Shown here one piece after another: positions 18,433 through 27,028 of a DNA stretch of 64,000 bases (positions are counted from its first letter, which is position 1; the number at the start of each line of letters is the position of its first letter). The stretch is taken from positions 65,400 through 129,399 of the forward strand of contig CBDBMR010000010.1 in NCBI GenBank assembly GCA_965207535.1. The letters run 5' to 3'. Origin of the DNA: Rhodospirillales bacterium (GTDB lineage: Bacteria; Pseudomonadota; Alphaproteobacteria; Rhodospirillales; UBA2165). The notes beneath the pieces were generated by a model. It worked only from the letters and a program-made list of their open reading frames with translations. It did not search any database and was not told the origin of the DNA. Both the position numbers and the translations under genes were made by a program.

Positions 18433-18572
18433 GACCCCCTCACCCTGACCCTCTCCCCCTGGAAAAGGGGGAGAGGGGACTACTCCCTAACCCTCGCCCC
18501 CCTCTGGGGGGAGAGGGATGCGGAGGCTTTGCGAAGCGGCAGCTGAGCTTAGCCGAAGCTGGGTGAGGGGGG
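18433..18572. repeat. family A nested palindromic intergenic repeat (core TCTCCCCC-N6-7-GGGGGAGA; outer CCCCCTCACCC/GGGTGAGGGGG)
   Basis: The copy reads gaCCCCCTCACCCtgaccCTCTCCCCCtggaaaaGGGGGAGAGgggac...GGGTGAGGGGGG and has two internal hairpins. Confidence 0.8.
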
Positions 18573-18702
18573 CTAACCCGCTTCCGTCATACGGACGGAT
18601 CGGATTTTCCGCCCAACCGGGGCCGATCGCCGCTGGCCCGCCGTCCGCGGGCCGGGGTATCCTTGGTCCATCGAATATCAATACGAGACAGGAGGCTGTT
18701 CC

Positions 18703-19764
18703 ATGTTTTCCCTTCGCACCGTAAGTATCGCCGCGCTGATGAGCGCCGCGCTGCCCGTGGCCGGCTGGGCCGCCGGCCCGACCCTGACCCATGAATTCGC
18801 CCAGGCCGGCGGCGGCGGCGACCTGTCGTCCCGGCACCTGGCCGAGGTCGCGTCCGCCCGGAAGATCGCCACCATCCAGGTCCAGGGCGGCAAGACCCTG
18901 ACCCGTTCCGTTCAGCAGGTGGCCGAGCGCAAGACCGACATAACCTCCATGCCGCTGGTCCTGAGCTTTCTGATGTCCAAGGGCCTGGGGCCGTATTCGG
19001 GCCTGGGCAAGGAGAACGGCGCCAAGCTGGCCGCCAACCTGCGGCTGCTCTATCCCTATTGGGGGACGACGTCGTTCTACCTGATCGCCTACGCAAACAC
19101 CGGGATCGACAACTGGGACAAGATCAGGGGCAAGACCATCTTCAACGGCCCGCCCCGGGGCGGCGCGCTCAACACGTCCCGCGCCATCGTCCGGCTGACC
19201 ACCGGCATGGGGGACGGGAAGGGCTATACGGGCAAGCAGATCGCCTGGGGCCAGGCGAGCGCCATCTTCCTCGACGGTTCGGTGGATGCGGCCGTCCGCC
19301 CCGGCACCAACCCGGCGTCCTGGATGCCGGTCCTGATGGCGGCCGGGAAGATCAACCTGGTTTCCATTCCCAAGGCGAAATGGGAAAGCGCCGCCTTTCA
19401 GAAGTTCCTGAAGGCGCCCGGCAACGCGCCGGCGCTGTTTCCCGTCGGCGAGTTCGGCCACTACGGCGACGGCGTCAACGTGATTTCCGAAGACGGCATG
19501 TTCCGGGGCGTGTCGGCGACGTTCGGCGACGGCGTCCACAAGGACATGCCGAAAGGCCTCGCCAAGGCGCTCACCAAGGCGTTCATCGAGACCGTCGGGG
19601 ACTTGCACAAGAAGGCGCCCTTCGCCAAGGGCCTGCTGTTCGGCAAGACCGACGACAAGCTCATGGGCCTCTGCAACGCCAAGGTGGTGTATCATCCGGG
19701 CGCGGTGGAGGCGTGGGAGGAAGCCGGCCACAAGATCGCCGACTGCGCCAAACCCAAGTCGTAG
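18703..19764 (+). CDS. TAXI-family TRAP solute receptor (orphan paralogue)
   Basis: It has a signal peptide. The motifs GGKTLTRSVQQVAERKTD, GKTIFNGPPRGGA and YHPGAVEAWEEAG parallel those of the receptor at 461..1477. No permease gene is adjacent. Confidence 0.7.
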   Translation: MFSLRTVSIAALMSAALPVAGWAAGPTLTHEFAQAGGGGDLSSRHLAEVASARKIATIQVQGGKTLTRSVQQVAERKTDITSMPLVLSFLMSKGLGPYSGLGKENGAKLAANLRLLYPYWGTTSFYLIAYANTGIDNWDKIRGKTIFNGPPRGGALNTSRAIVRLTTGMGDGKGYTGKQIAWGQASAIFLDGSVDAAVRPGTNPASWMPVLMAAGKINLVSIPKAKWESAAFQKFLKAPGNAPALFPVGEFGHYGDGVNVISEDGMFRGVSATFGDGVHKDMPKGLAKALTKAFIETVGDLHKKAPFAKGLLFGKTDDKLMGLCNAKVVYHPGAVEAWEEAGHKIADCAKPKS

Positions 19765-19872
19765 AAGACAGGTTGCGGCTTTACGGATCCGGGCGTCCCC
19801 CGCGGGGACGCCTGGACCCAACCGGTTCCCGCGCCCGGCCAAGACGCTTTGGCGGCGCACTATATCAAGCCC

Positions 19873-20004
19873 GTCATGCCCCGCCGATAGTGCGGCGCAT
19901 CCACGTTGTTCTGGATTACCCGGACAAGCCGGGTAATGACGAGTTTCTTTGATTCAGCATCACGCGTCATGCCCCGACTTGCTCGGGGCATCCACGCTTG
20001 GCGG
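19873..20004. repeat. family B REP-like hairpins (unit GTCATGCCCCGA-N5-TCGGGGCATCCACG), three units
   Basis: The three units are gtcatgccccgccgatagtgcggcgcatccacg (degenerate), ATTACCCGGacaagCCGGGTAAT and ATGCCCCGActtgcTCGGGGCATccacgcttggcgg. Confidence 0.8.
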
Positions 20005-20116
20005 ACGGCTTTATCGACGGTATCGGCCCAAGGCGGCTAATATCAATTCAGCTTCGAATGGATTGCCGCGAGGTGAACTTCATCCAAGGCAAACCAAATT
20101 CATTGGGGAGATCGAG

Positions 20117-21235
20117 GTGACGGAAAGGCACAAAGCGCAAACGCCGGATAATGTTTTCAAGATAGGCTTGTTCGCCGCCAACTGTTCCGGGGGAATTGCC
20201 GCGACCAACGTGAAAGAGCGGTGGCAGCCGACATGGCAAAATAATCTCGAATTGGCCCAAATGGCGGACAAGGCCGGTTTGGAGTTCATGCTGCCGTTGG
20301 GCCGATGGGCCGGTTACGGGGGAGAACATGACCACAACGGTTTGTCGTACGAAACGCTCATGTGGGCGGCGGGTCTGCTGGCCGCGACCAAAAGGATAAT
20401 TGCCTTTTCGACACTCCACGTCGCCATGATCAATCCGGTATTCGCGGCCAAACAGATGGTAACCGCGGATCATATTGGCGCCGGGCGGTTCGGCCTCAAT
20501 ATCGTTTGCGGCTGGAATGCGAAGGAGTTCGGCATGATGGGCATTCCGCTCGATGAGCATGACCGGCGCTATGAGCTTGGACAGGAGTGGCTGGACGTTG
20601 TCGGCAAGGTCTGGCGGGAGAACGATCCTTTCGATTTTGACGGAACGTTTTTTCGGTTGACCGGCGTCCAGGCCAATCCGAAGCCGGTCTCCCGACCAAG
20701 ACCGCTCGTCATGAATGCCGGTCAATCGGGTCCCGGATTGGATTTCGCCGTTCGAAACGCGGATTACCTGTTTCGGGCCATTCAGGGCCTGGATACCGCG
20801 AAGGCCGAGACCGATCGGGTCAAGGCCCGGTCAAGGGCGTTGGGCCGAAGCGTTGGCGTTTTCACCAATGCGTATTGCGTGTGCCGTCCAACCGTCAGCG
20901 AGGCCGAAGAATTTCATCATTACTATGCCGTTGAAAACGCCAACGAAGAAGCGGTTGAAAGCATGTATGTGGGGCGAGGCATTAGAGACAATCGGGAACT
21001 CTCCGATGAAGTGAAAGCCGATATCCGCCTGAGAATGGCGGGAGGCAACAGCGCCTATCCGCTTATCGGCGATCCGGATACGATAACCGGGAAAATACGA
21101 ATGCTGAGTGAAGCGGGTTTTGCCGGAATTGCCATGGGTCTGGTGAATTATCTCGATGAGCTTCCCTATTTTCGCGATGAAGTGCTGCCCCGGCTCGAGC
21201 GAGCGGGTTTGCGCCGAACGGAACCGAACGTGTAA
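20117..21235 (+). CDS. LLM-class (luciferase-like) flavin-dependent oxidoreductase
   Basis: The track ORF 19949..21235 begins inside a repeat element. I trimmed it to GTG 20117, preceded by GGGGAG. The N-terminus FKIGLFAANCSGG and overall pattern are typical of luciferase-like monooxygenases. The start is uncertain. Confidence 0.7.
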   Translation: MTERHKAQTPDNVFKIGLFAANCSGGIAATNVKERWQPTWQNNLELAQMADKAGLEFMLPLGRWAGYGGEHDHNGLSYETLMWAAGLLAATKRIIAFSTLHVAMINPVFAAKQMVTADHIGAGRFGLNIVCGWNAKEFGMMGIPLDEHDRRYELGQEWLDVVGKVWRENDPFDFDGTFFRLTGVQANPKPVSRPRPLVMNAGQSGPGLDFAVRNADYLFRAIQGLDTAKAETDRVKARSRALGRSVGVFTNAYCVCRPTVSEAEEFHHYYAVENANEEAVESMYVGRGIRDNRELSDEVKADIRLRMAGGNSAYPLIGDPDTITGKIRMLSEAGFAGIAMGLVNYLDELPYFRDEVLPRLERAGLRRTEPNV

Positions 21236-21258
21236 CCGCGACGACGGAGGACACCGCC

Positions 21259-22005
21259 ATGGAAATGGAAAACCAGGAATTCCCCCTGGGCTGGCGGGCG
21301 AAAATCGGCGTCATTACGCCCACCGAGAATACGGTTACCGAACCGGAATTCAACGCCATGAAACCGCCCGGCGTGACCGTTCATTTCACCCGCATGCCGA
21401 TCCATTTTCATCCCGAAGAGGATAACTATGCGGGCCTGATGGATGATCTGGAGTTGCGCCTGCTGGAACTCCGCAACTGTGCGGTCGATACGGTCGCATA
21501 CAATTGCACCGTCGGCTCCATGGCGTGTCCATCCGATCTTCTCATCGGCAAATTGGAAGAGACGTCCGGCGTAAATGCGGTAACGACGGCAGGATCGATC
21601 CTTGCGGCGCTGAATGCATTGGGTGTTTCGCGTATCGCGTTGGCGACCCCGTATTCCCGAGCGACCAACGAACACGAAAAAGCATATCTCGACGGCCACG
21701 GCATCGAAGTGGTGGACATGATCGGGATGGATTTCAATGAAACGGGCGCCGCCCTGGGCCGGCAATTCGGCGCCGTTCCTCCCAAAAGAATATTCGAACA
21801 CGCGCTTTCCGCCGATCGCCCCGAGGCGGAAGCGATTTTGATCAGCTGCGCCAATTTCGGCTCGGCGGGCGTTGTCGCGGCGTTGGAAAGCAAACTCGAA
21901 AAGCCGGTGATAACCAGCAACATCGTCACTTTATGGGCTGGATTGCGCGCCGCCGGCGTCAACGAACCCATTCAGGGATTTGGCAGTCTGTTGTCGGACA
22001 AATGA
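21259..22005 (+). CDS. Asp/Glu/hydantoin racemase superfamily protein (maleate isomerase/arylmalonate decarboxylase-like)
   Basis: SD GGAGGA lies upstream. Two catalytic-type cysteine motifs are present (YNCTVGS and ISCANFGS). 248 aa. Confidence 0.75.
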   Translation: MEMENQEFPLGWRAKIGVITPTENTVTEPEFNAMKPPGVTVHFTRMPIHFHPEEDNYAGLMDDLELRLLELRNCAVDTVAYNCTVGSMACPSDLLIGKLEETSGVNAVTTAGSILAALNALGVSRIALATPYSRATNEHEKAYLDGHGIEVVDMIGMDFNETGAALGRQFGAVPPKRIFEHALSADRPEAEAILISCANFGSAGVVAALESKLEKPVITSNIVTLWAGLRAAGVNEPIQGFGSLLSDK

Positions 22006-22247
22006 AATGAGTTTCGATTCGTACGGATAGGGTATCCGCCCGACAGCCGCCGCTTCCGGCCGGGACCGGTTCAGGCGGCTATTTGCCGAACGCCGACCCC
22101 CGCCTTGACCCATCCTCCCCCCGTACTACCTTGGTGGTTCACCGCCCTACGGACACTACTGATATGTTGAGGGGGCGGTGATTTACGTTCAGGGCGGAGC
22201 CATGCAAAATCGAGGGAACGGGCGGAAAGAGACGGGAATCGGAAACC

Positions 22248-23579
22248 ATGAGCGATAGGAAACTGCACTTGGGCGCCTTCATGCGGCCGGTCACCATCCA
22301 CACCGGGGCGTGGCGCTATCCGGGCGCCCGGGCCGACGCCAATTTCAATTTCGAGGTCATTTGCGCCATGGCCCGGAAGCTGGAGGAGGGGAGGTTCGAC
22401 GCCTTCTTCATGGCCGATCACCTGGCCGTCCTCAACATGCCCATGGAGGCCCTCAAGCGGTCCGGCACGGTCACCTCGTTCGAGCCCATGACGCTGCTGC
22501 CGGCGCTGGCCATGGTGACCGAGCATCTGGGGCTCGTCGCCACGGGCTCCACCACCTACGACGAGCCGTTCCACGTCGCCCGCCGGTTCTCGTCGCTGGA
22601 TCACATCTCCGGCGGGCGGGCCGGGTGGAACGTAGTGACCACCGCCAACCCGGACGCGTCGCGGAATTTCGGCCGCGAGGACCACATGGATCACGCCGAG
22701 CGCTACAAGCGGGCGCGGGAGTTCTACGACGTGGTCACCGGGCTGTGGGATTCGTGGGCCGACGATGCGTTCGTCCGCGACCAGGAGAGCGGCATCTTCT
22801 TCGATCCAGAGAAGCTCCACGTGCTCGACCACCGCGGGGACTACCTCTCGGTCCGGGGGCCCTTGAACATCGGCCGCCCGGTGCAGGGCTGGCCGGTGAT
22901 CGTCCAGGCGGGCTCCTCCAACGACGGGCGGCAACTGGCGGCGGAGACGGCGGAGGCGGTGTTCACCTCCCACACGGACCTCGCGGCGGGGCAGGCGTTC
23001 TACGCCGACATCAAGGGGCGGATGGTAAAGGCCGGGCGCGACCCGGACGGCATCCGCATCCTGCCCGCCTGTCTGGTGATCCTCGGCGACGATTTGGCCG
23101 AAGCCAAGGCCAAGCGGGCGAGGCTCGACAGCCTGGTCCACGCCGAGAGCGCCATCGCGTCCCTCTCCATCGCCATCGGCACCGACGCCTCCAAGTTCGA
23201 TCCCGACGCGCCGCTGCCCTCCGACATCCCCGAGAGCAACGCCAGCAAGTCGGGCCGCGAGCGGGCCCTCCGCATGACCGAGGCCGAAGGGCTCACGGTC
23301 CGCCAGCTCGCCCAGCGCCTCGGCGGGTTCTCGGGGCTCTGCCTGATGGGCTCGCCCGAAACGGTCGCCGGCCAGATGGAGGAGTGGCTGGAAACCCGGG
23401 GCAGCGACGGGTTCACCATCATGTTCCCCTACGTGCCGGGCGGGGTGGACGAGTTCGTCGACGGGCTGGTCCCGGTGCTCCAGGAAAGGGGGCTGTTCCG
23501 GACCGAATACGAGGGCGTAACTTTAAGGGAAAATCTCGGCCTGCCCCGGCCCGAAAACCGGTTCTTCGATGGGCCGTAG
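22248..23579 (+). CDS. LLM-class flavin-dependent monooxygenase, NtaA/SnaA/DszA family
   Basis: The N-terminus KLHLGAFMRPVTIHTGAWRYPGA is characteristic of the NtaA/DszA family. 443 aa. Confidence 0.85.
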   Translation: MSDRKLHLGAFMRPVTIHTGAWRYPGARADANFNFEVICAMARKLEEGRFDAFFMADHLAVLNMPMEALKRSGTVTSFEPMTLLPALAMVTEHLGLVATGSTTYDEPFHVARRFSSLDHISGGRAGWNVVTTANPDASRNFGREDHMDHAERYKRAREFYDVVTGLWDSWADDAFVRDQESGIFFDPEKLHVLDHRGDYLSVRGPLNIGRPVQGWPVIVQAGSSNDGRQLAAETAEAVFTSHTDLAAGQAFYADIKGRMVKAGRDPDGIRILPACLVILGDDLAEAKAKRARLDSLVHAESAIASLSIAIGTDASKFDPDAPLPSDIPESNASKSGRERALRMTEAEGLTVRQLAQRLGGFSGLCLMGSPETVAGQMEEWLETRGSDGFTIMFPYVPGGVDEFVDGLVPVLQERGLFRTEYEGVTLRENLGLPRPENRFFDGP

Positions 23580-23600
23580 AGGCCGGATTGGCCGGATGCG

Positions 23601-23751
23601 CTCCCCCCCCCCCACCCTCACCCCAACCCTCTCCCAGAGGGAGAGGGAGCTTGCCGTGCGTCCCCTCTCCCCCTTCTTCAGGGGGAGAGGTCGGTCATTT
23701 CCCGCAGGGAATTGACCAGGGTGAGGGGGCCACAAAAACGGGTGAGGGGGG
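23601..23751. repeat. family A palindromic repeat (rearranged copy, with a C11 run)
   Basis: It contains CCCTCACCCC, CTCTCCCagagGGAGAGGG, CCTCTCCCCCttcttcaGGGGGAGAGG and two copies of GGTGAGGGGG. A run of 11 C lies at 23603-23613. Confidence 0.75.
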
Positions 23752-23797
23752 AAAGCTTGAAACACAAATCCGCGCCGCGGCGGAATGGGAGCAAGGA

Positions 23798-25714
23798 ATG
23801 CCTGACCACACGATAACCGAAGCAGAAGACCGGTCGCGCGAGTTCGATCCGGTGGAGGACGATTTCGACGAGTTCCATTTCCCGCGCCCGGAAGAGACCG
23901 ACTTCGCGGCCCTCGCCCGGCAGGAGATTTCGCGCAGGGGCTTCATGGGGGGCGCGGCCGCCGCCGGGGCCGCCGCGTTCGTCGCCGCCACGGCGCCGGC
24001 GTCCGTTCTCGCCAATGAGGACCGCTTCGGCTTCAAGCCGGTCGCCGCCAACACCATGGACACGGTCACCGTGCCGGAAGGCTATAGCTGGCACGTGGTG
24101 GCCCGCTGGGGCGATCCCCTGTGGTCCAGGGGCGCCGAGTTCGACCACGCCACCAGGGGCACCGGCGAAAGCCAGGAGCTGGCCTTCGGCGACAACACCG
24201 ACGGCATGGAGCTGTTCACCGCGGAGGGCCGCTCGATCCTCGCGGTCAACAACGAATATGTGAACTACAAGCTGTTCTTCACCCGGGGCGACAAGGCCGC
24301 CGGCCCGGATGACGTCCGCCGGGGCAAGGCCGCCCACGGCGTTTCCGTGTTCGAGATCGCCCAAGCCGGGGGCAGGTGGCGCATGGTCAAGGACTCGGGG
24401 TACAACCGGAAGATCACCGCCGATACGCCGATGGAGATCACCGGCCCGGCCCGGGGCCACGAACTGATGAAGACCGAGGCCGACCCCGCCGGCGTCACCG
24501 CCAACGGCACCTGGAACAACTGCGGCAGCGGCCGGACCCCGTGGGGCACCTACCTGACCTGCGAGGAGAACTTCAACGGCTACTTCTCGTCGAGCGACCC
24601 CGATTACAGGCGCTCGGACGAACTCAAGCGCTACGGCGTCAACCTGAAGGACCGGGGCGACGGCTGGGCGATGACCGACGAGCGGTTCGACATCTCCAAA
24701 CATCCCAACGAGCCCAACCGCTTCGGCTACGTCGTCGAGATCGATCCCCTGGACCCCGCCTCGACGCCCAGGAAGCGCACCGCCCTCGGCCGCTTCAAGC
24801 ACGAGAACGCCGAAGTGGCGCTGGCCGCCGACGGCCGGGTGGTGGTCTATCTCGGCGACGACGAGCGGGGCGAGTTCCTCTACAGGTTCGTCTCCGAGCG
24901 CCCCTACGCGGAAGGCGGCGGCAACGCGGACCTGCTGGAGAGCGGCACGCTCTATGCGGCGAAGTTCCAGAACGCCGGCCGCGGCGAGTGGCTGGAGCTC
25001 AACCCCCGGACCACGGGGCTAAAGTCCCAAGCGGAAATCTGCATCCACACCCGCCAGGCCGCCTCGGCGGTGAAGGCGACCACCATGGACCGCCCGGAGT
25101 GGGTGGCCGTCAACCCGCTCAAGGCCGAGGCCTATTGCTGCCTGACCAACAACAAGAACCGGGGCAAGAAGCCCAACGCCGGCGGCGACGCAACCCCGGT
25201 CGGCGGGCCCAACCCGCGCGAGGCCAACGATTACGGCCAGATCGTCCGCTGGGTCCCCGACGGCGGCGATCACCTGTCCGACACGTTCGCCTGGGACCTC
25301 TATGTGGTCGCCGGCAACCCGGCGGTCCATTCGGACGCCAATGGGGGCTCCCCGAACGTGACCAAGGACAACATGTTCAATTCGCCGGACGGCCTCAGGG
25401 TCGACACCCGGGGCATGCTGTGGATCCAGACCGACGGCGACTACTCCAACGCCAAGGGCTTCGCCGGCATGGGCAACAACCAGATGCTCGTCGGCGACCC
25501 GGCCACCGGCGAAATCCAGCGCTTCATGGTCGGGCCCAATCAGTGCGAGATCACCGGGCTCGCCTGGAGCGCCGACCGCCGGACCATGTTCGTCGGCATC
25601 CAGCATCCGGGGGAAAAGGGCCCCGGCAACAGCCACTTCCCGGACGGCGGCGATTCCACGCCCCGCTCGGCCATTATCGCCGTCACCCGGGACGACGGCG
25701 GCGTCATGGGGTAG
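23798..25714 (+). CDS. phoX: PhoX-family alkaline phosphatase (Tat-exported)
   Basis: The real start is ATG 23798; the track's 22310..25714 frame runs across the previous gene and a repeat. It has the twin-arginine signal SRRGFMGGAAAAGAAAF. PhoX/DUF839 body motifs include WNNCGSGRTPWGTYLTCEEN and FNSPDGL. Confidence 0.85.
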   Translation: MPDHTITEAEDRSREFDPVEDDFDEFHFPRPEETDFAALARQEISRRGFMGGAAAAGAAAFVAATAPASVLANEDRFGFKPVAANTMDTVTVPEGYSWHVVARWGDPLWSRGAEFDHATRGTGESQELAFGDNTDGMELFTAEGRSILAVNNEYVNYKLFFTRGDKAAGPDDVRRGKAAHGVSVFEIAQAGGRWRMVKDSGYNRKITADTPMEITGPARGHELMKTEADPAGVTANGTWNNCGSGRTPWGTYLTCEENFNGYFSSSDPDYRRSDELKRYGVNLKDRGDGWAMTDERFDISKHPNEPNRFGYVVEIDPLDPASTPRKRTALGRFKHENAEVALAADGRVVVYLGDDERGEFLYRFVSERPYAEGGGNADLLESGTLYAAKFQNAGRGEWLELNPRTTGLKSQAEICIHTRQAASAVKATTMDRPEWVAVNPLKAEAYCCLTNNKNRGKKPNAGGDATPVGGPNPREANDYGQIVRWVPDGGDHLSDTFAWDLYVVAGNPAVHSDANGGSPNVTKDNMFNSPDGLRVDTRGMLWIQTDGDYSNAKGFAGMGNNQMLVGDPATGEIQRFMVGPNQCEITGLAWSADRRTMFVGIQHPGEKGPGNSHFPDGGDSTPRSAIIAVTRDDGGVMG

Positions 25715-25760
25715 TGCTCGTGGGAGACGGCGGCATCCCCCCCTCACTCTTATTTCTTAT

Positions 25761-25855
25761 GACCCCCTCACCCTGACCCTCTCCCCCTGAAGAAGGGGGA
25801 GAGGGATGCGGAGGCTTGGCGAGCTTGTGAGCCTTAGCCGTAGCTGGGTGAGGGG
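25761..25855. repeat. family A palindromic repeat
   Basis: The copy reads gaCCCCCTCACCCtgaccCTCTCCCCCtgaagaaGGGGGAGAGggatgcggaggcttggcgag...agctGGGTGAGGGGG. It is near-identical to the 18433 copy, including the ggatgcggaggct segment. Confidence 0.85.
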
Positions 25856-25885
25856 GATTTCGAAGCGTCTCGCTCCAATAGAAAA

Positions 25886-25914
25886 CCGCCGCCCCCGCGA
25901 GCCATGGGCGGCGG
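25886..25914 (-). terminator. intrinsic terminator of the minus-strand Mo-oxidoreductase/PhyH operon
   Basis: On the minus strand, the stem CCGCCGCCC...GGGCGGCGG (9 bp, GC only) is followed by UUUUCUAUU. Confidence 0.6.
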
Positions 25915-26006
25915 GGACGGCGGTCGAGTGGAACGTCAGGTGAGGCCGGGGCTGTTATCGATATTCCGCCGGCCGTGAAGATTTCACCCGATGGAGAGAT
26001 ACGCTC

Positions 26007-26072
26007 TCAGCAGCCGCGGCAAGGTGCCGATGCCGCCCGGGCTACTCTCGACTTCACCATAGCGTTAGACAT
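26007..26072 (-). CDS. 21-codon small ORF (MSNAMVKSRVARAASAPCRGC) with an unusually strong SD
   Basis: The minus strand reads AAGGAGGTGATCC-G-ATG. That is 13 nt of perfect complementarity to the canonical 16S 3' end, with a 7-nt GGAGG-to-ATG spacing. The ORF lies between the PhyH stop (26178) and the terminator (25886-25914). It is too short for the ORF track. Confidence 0.3.
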   Translation of the reverse strand: MSNAMVKSRVARAASAPCRGC

Positions 26073-26177
26073 CGGATCACCTCCTTTCCGTTGTTGCGCC
26101 AATCAGGAAAGATCAGCAGGCTTGCGCCCGGAAATCAAGAGGCTCGAATAGCGCGCCGGTTTCCAGGGCGGGGCCGC

Positions 26178-27026
26178 CTACCGGAAATTGAACACCGGGT
26201 AGGTCTCCCCGCCGAGCGCCTGACCGTCTTCGTGGGGGGTGGGCCCGTCGCCGACGGCGTCGCGCAACAGCGGCTGGGTCTCGGGGCGGGGGTCGAACGC
26301 GGCCTCGCCGCCGATCCATCGGATGGCGAGCCCGCGGCGGCGGATATCGGCGGTGTTTTCCGGCGCGCCGTGAACACTCATGACGTGGTGGGCGACGAGA
26401 TCGCCGGGCTCCAGGTCCCACGACAGGATTTCATAGCCGTCCCGGTTGCCGTCGATATCGGGCAGCTTCTCGATATCGTCATGGCCGGAGAACCGGCCGT
26501 CGGAGGAGAACGATTCCGGGACGTAGTACTTCCCCCATTTGTGGGAGCCGGCGATATACTCCACGGCGCCCGACTTGATGGTCACCGGATCGAGCGCCAC
26601 CCAGGTGGAACAGATGTGATCCGCGCCGCCGCCCTTCAGGGGATAGTACAGCCGGTCCTGGTGCCAGGGCGTCCTGTTGGACCCGCCCGGCTCCTTGGTC
26701 AGGATGAAGTCGTAGAACAGCTGCGCGAAATCCGTGCCCATCAGCCGCGCCGCCACCGCCGCGATGGGGCTCTCGAAGAGGAACGCCTTGAACGCCTCGT
26801 TCCGGGTCCACAGATATTGGCCGCCGAAGAACTGCCCCTCGCCGCCGGTGGTCAGGTCGGTATCGTAGGGCCCCGGGTTCTTCTGCACCCAGTCGGCGGC
26901 GGGCCGCAGCCTCTCGACCCACTCCATGGAAATGGCGCCCCGGATACAGACCGCCCCGTCCCGGCCGTAATCCGCCACATCGGCGTCGGCGACGGGCACG
27001 TCATCGAGTTTGAACGCGCCGTCCAA
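26178..27026 (-). CDS. phytanoyl-CoA dioxygenase (PhyH) family Fe(II)/2-oxoglutarate oxygenase
   Basis: Trimmed to TTG 27026 (SD GGAGAAGG, 7-nt spacer), 2 nt after the upstream stop. The N-terminus F.LDD...RDGAVCIRGAIS and the motifs WHQD...H are typical of PhyH. The track's long N-terminal extension overlaps the molybdoenzyme gene. Confidence 0.8.
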   Translation of the reverse strand: MDGAFKLDDVPVADADVADYGRDGAVCIRGAISMEWVERLRPAADWVQKNPGPYDTDLTTGGEGQFFGGQYLWTRNEAFKAFLFESPIAAVAARLMGTDFAQLFYDFILTKEPGGSNRTPWHQDRLYYPLKGGGADHICSTWVALDPVTIKSGAVEYIAGSHKWGKYYVPESFSSDGRFSGHDDIEKLPDIDGNRDGYEILSWDLEPGDLVAHHVMSVHGAPENTADIRRRGLAIRWIGGEAAFDPRPETQPLLRDAVGDGPTPHEDGQALGGETYPVFNFR

Positions 27027-27028
27027 GG

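Noticed and set aside
16160-18546. Long ORFs 16160..17902 (-), 16276..18546 (+) and 16853..17035 overlapping the IlvD-like gene.
   Set aside because: They are R/P/G-rich shadow frames. The IlvD/Edd frame carries the family motifs. The plus-strand ORF also runs through a repeat element (…PLTLTLSPWKRGRGD…).
22310-23797. The N-terminal 496 codons of the 1134-aa track ORF 22310..25714.
   Set aside because: This part is an out-of-frame overlap of the NtaA-like gene and crosses the family A repeat. A Tat signal, a conserved PhoX body and a proper start appear only from ATG 23798.
25715-26006. Reading through the TGA of the 21-codon ORF as selenocysteine (CRGC-U...).
   Set aside because: The read-through frame runs across the terminator, a family A repeat and into the antisense of phoX without a stop. 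There is no domain logic, unlike the AhpD-like case.
26074-26088. The plus-strand string GGATCACCTCCTTTC is identical to the 3' terminus of 16S rRNA.
   Set aside because: There is no rRNA-like sequence upstream of it, and the flanks do not match the conserved ...CCTGCGGCT context. It is best read as the complement of a strong SD on the minus strand.
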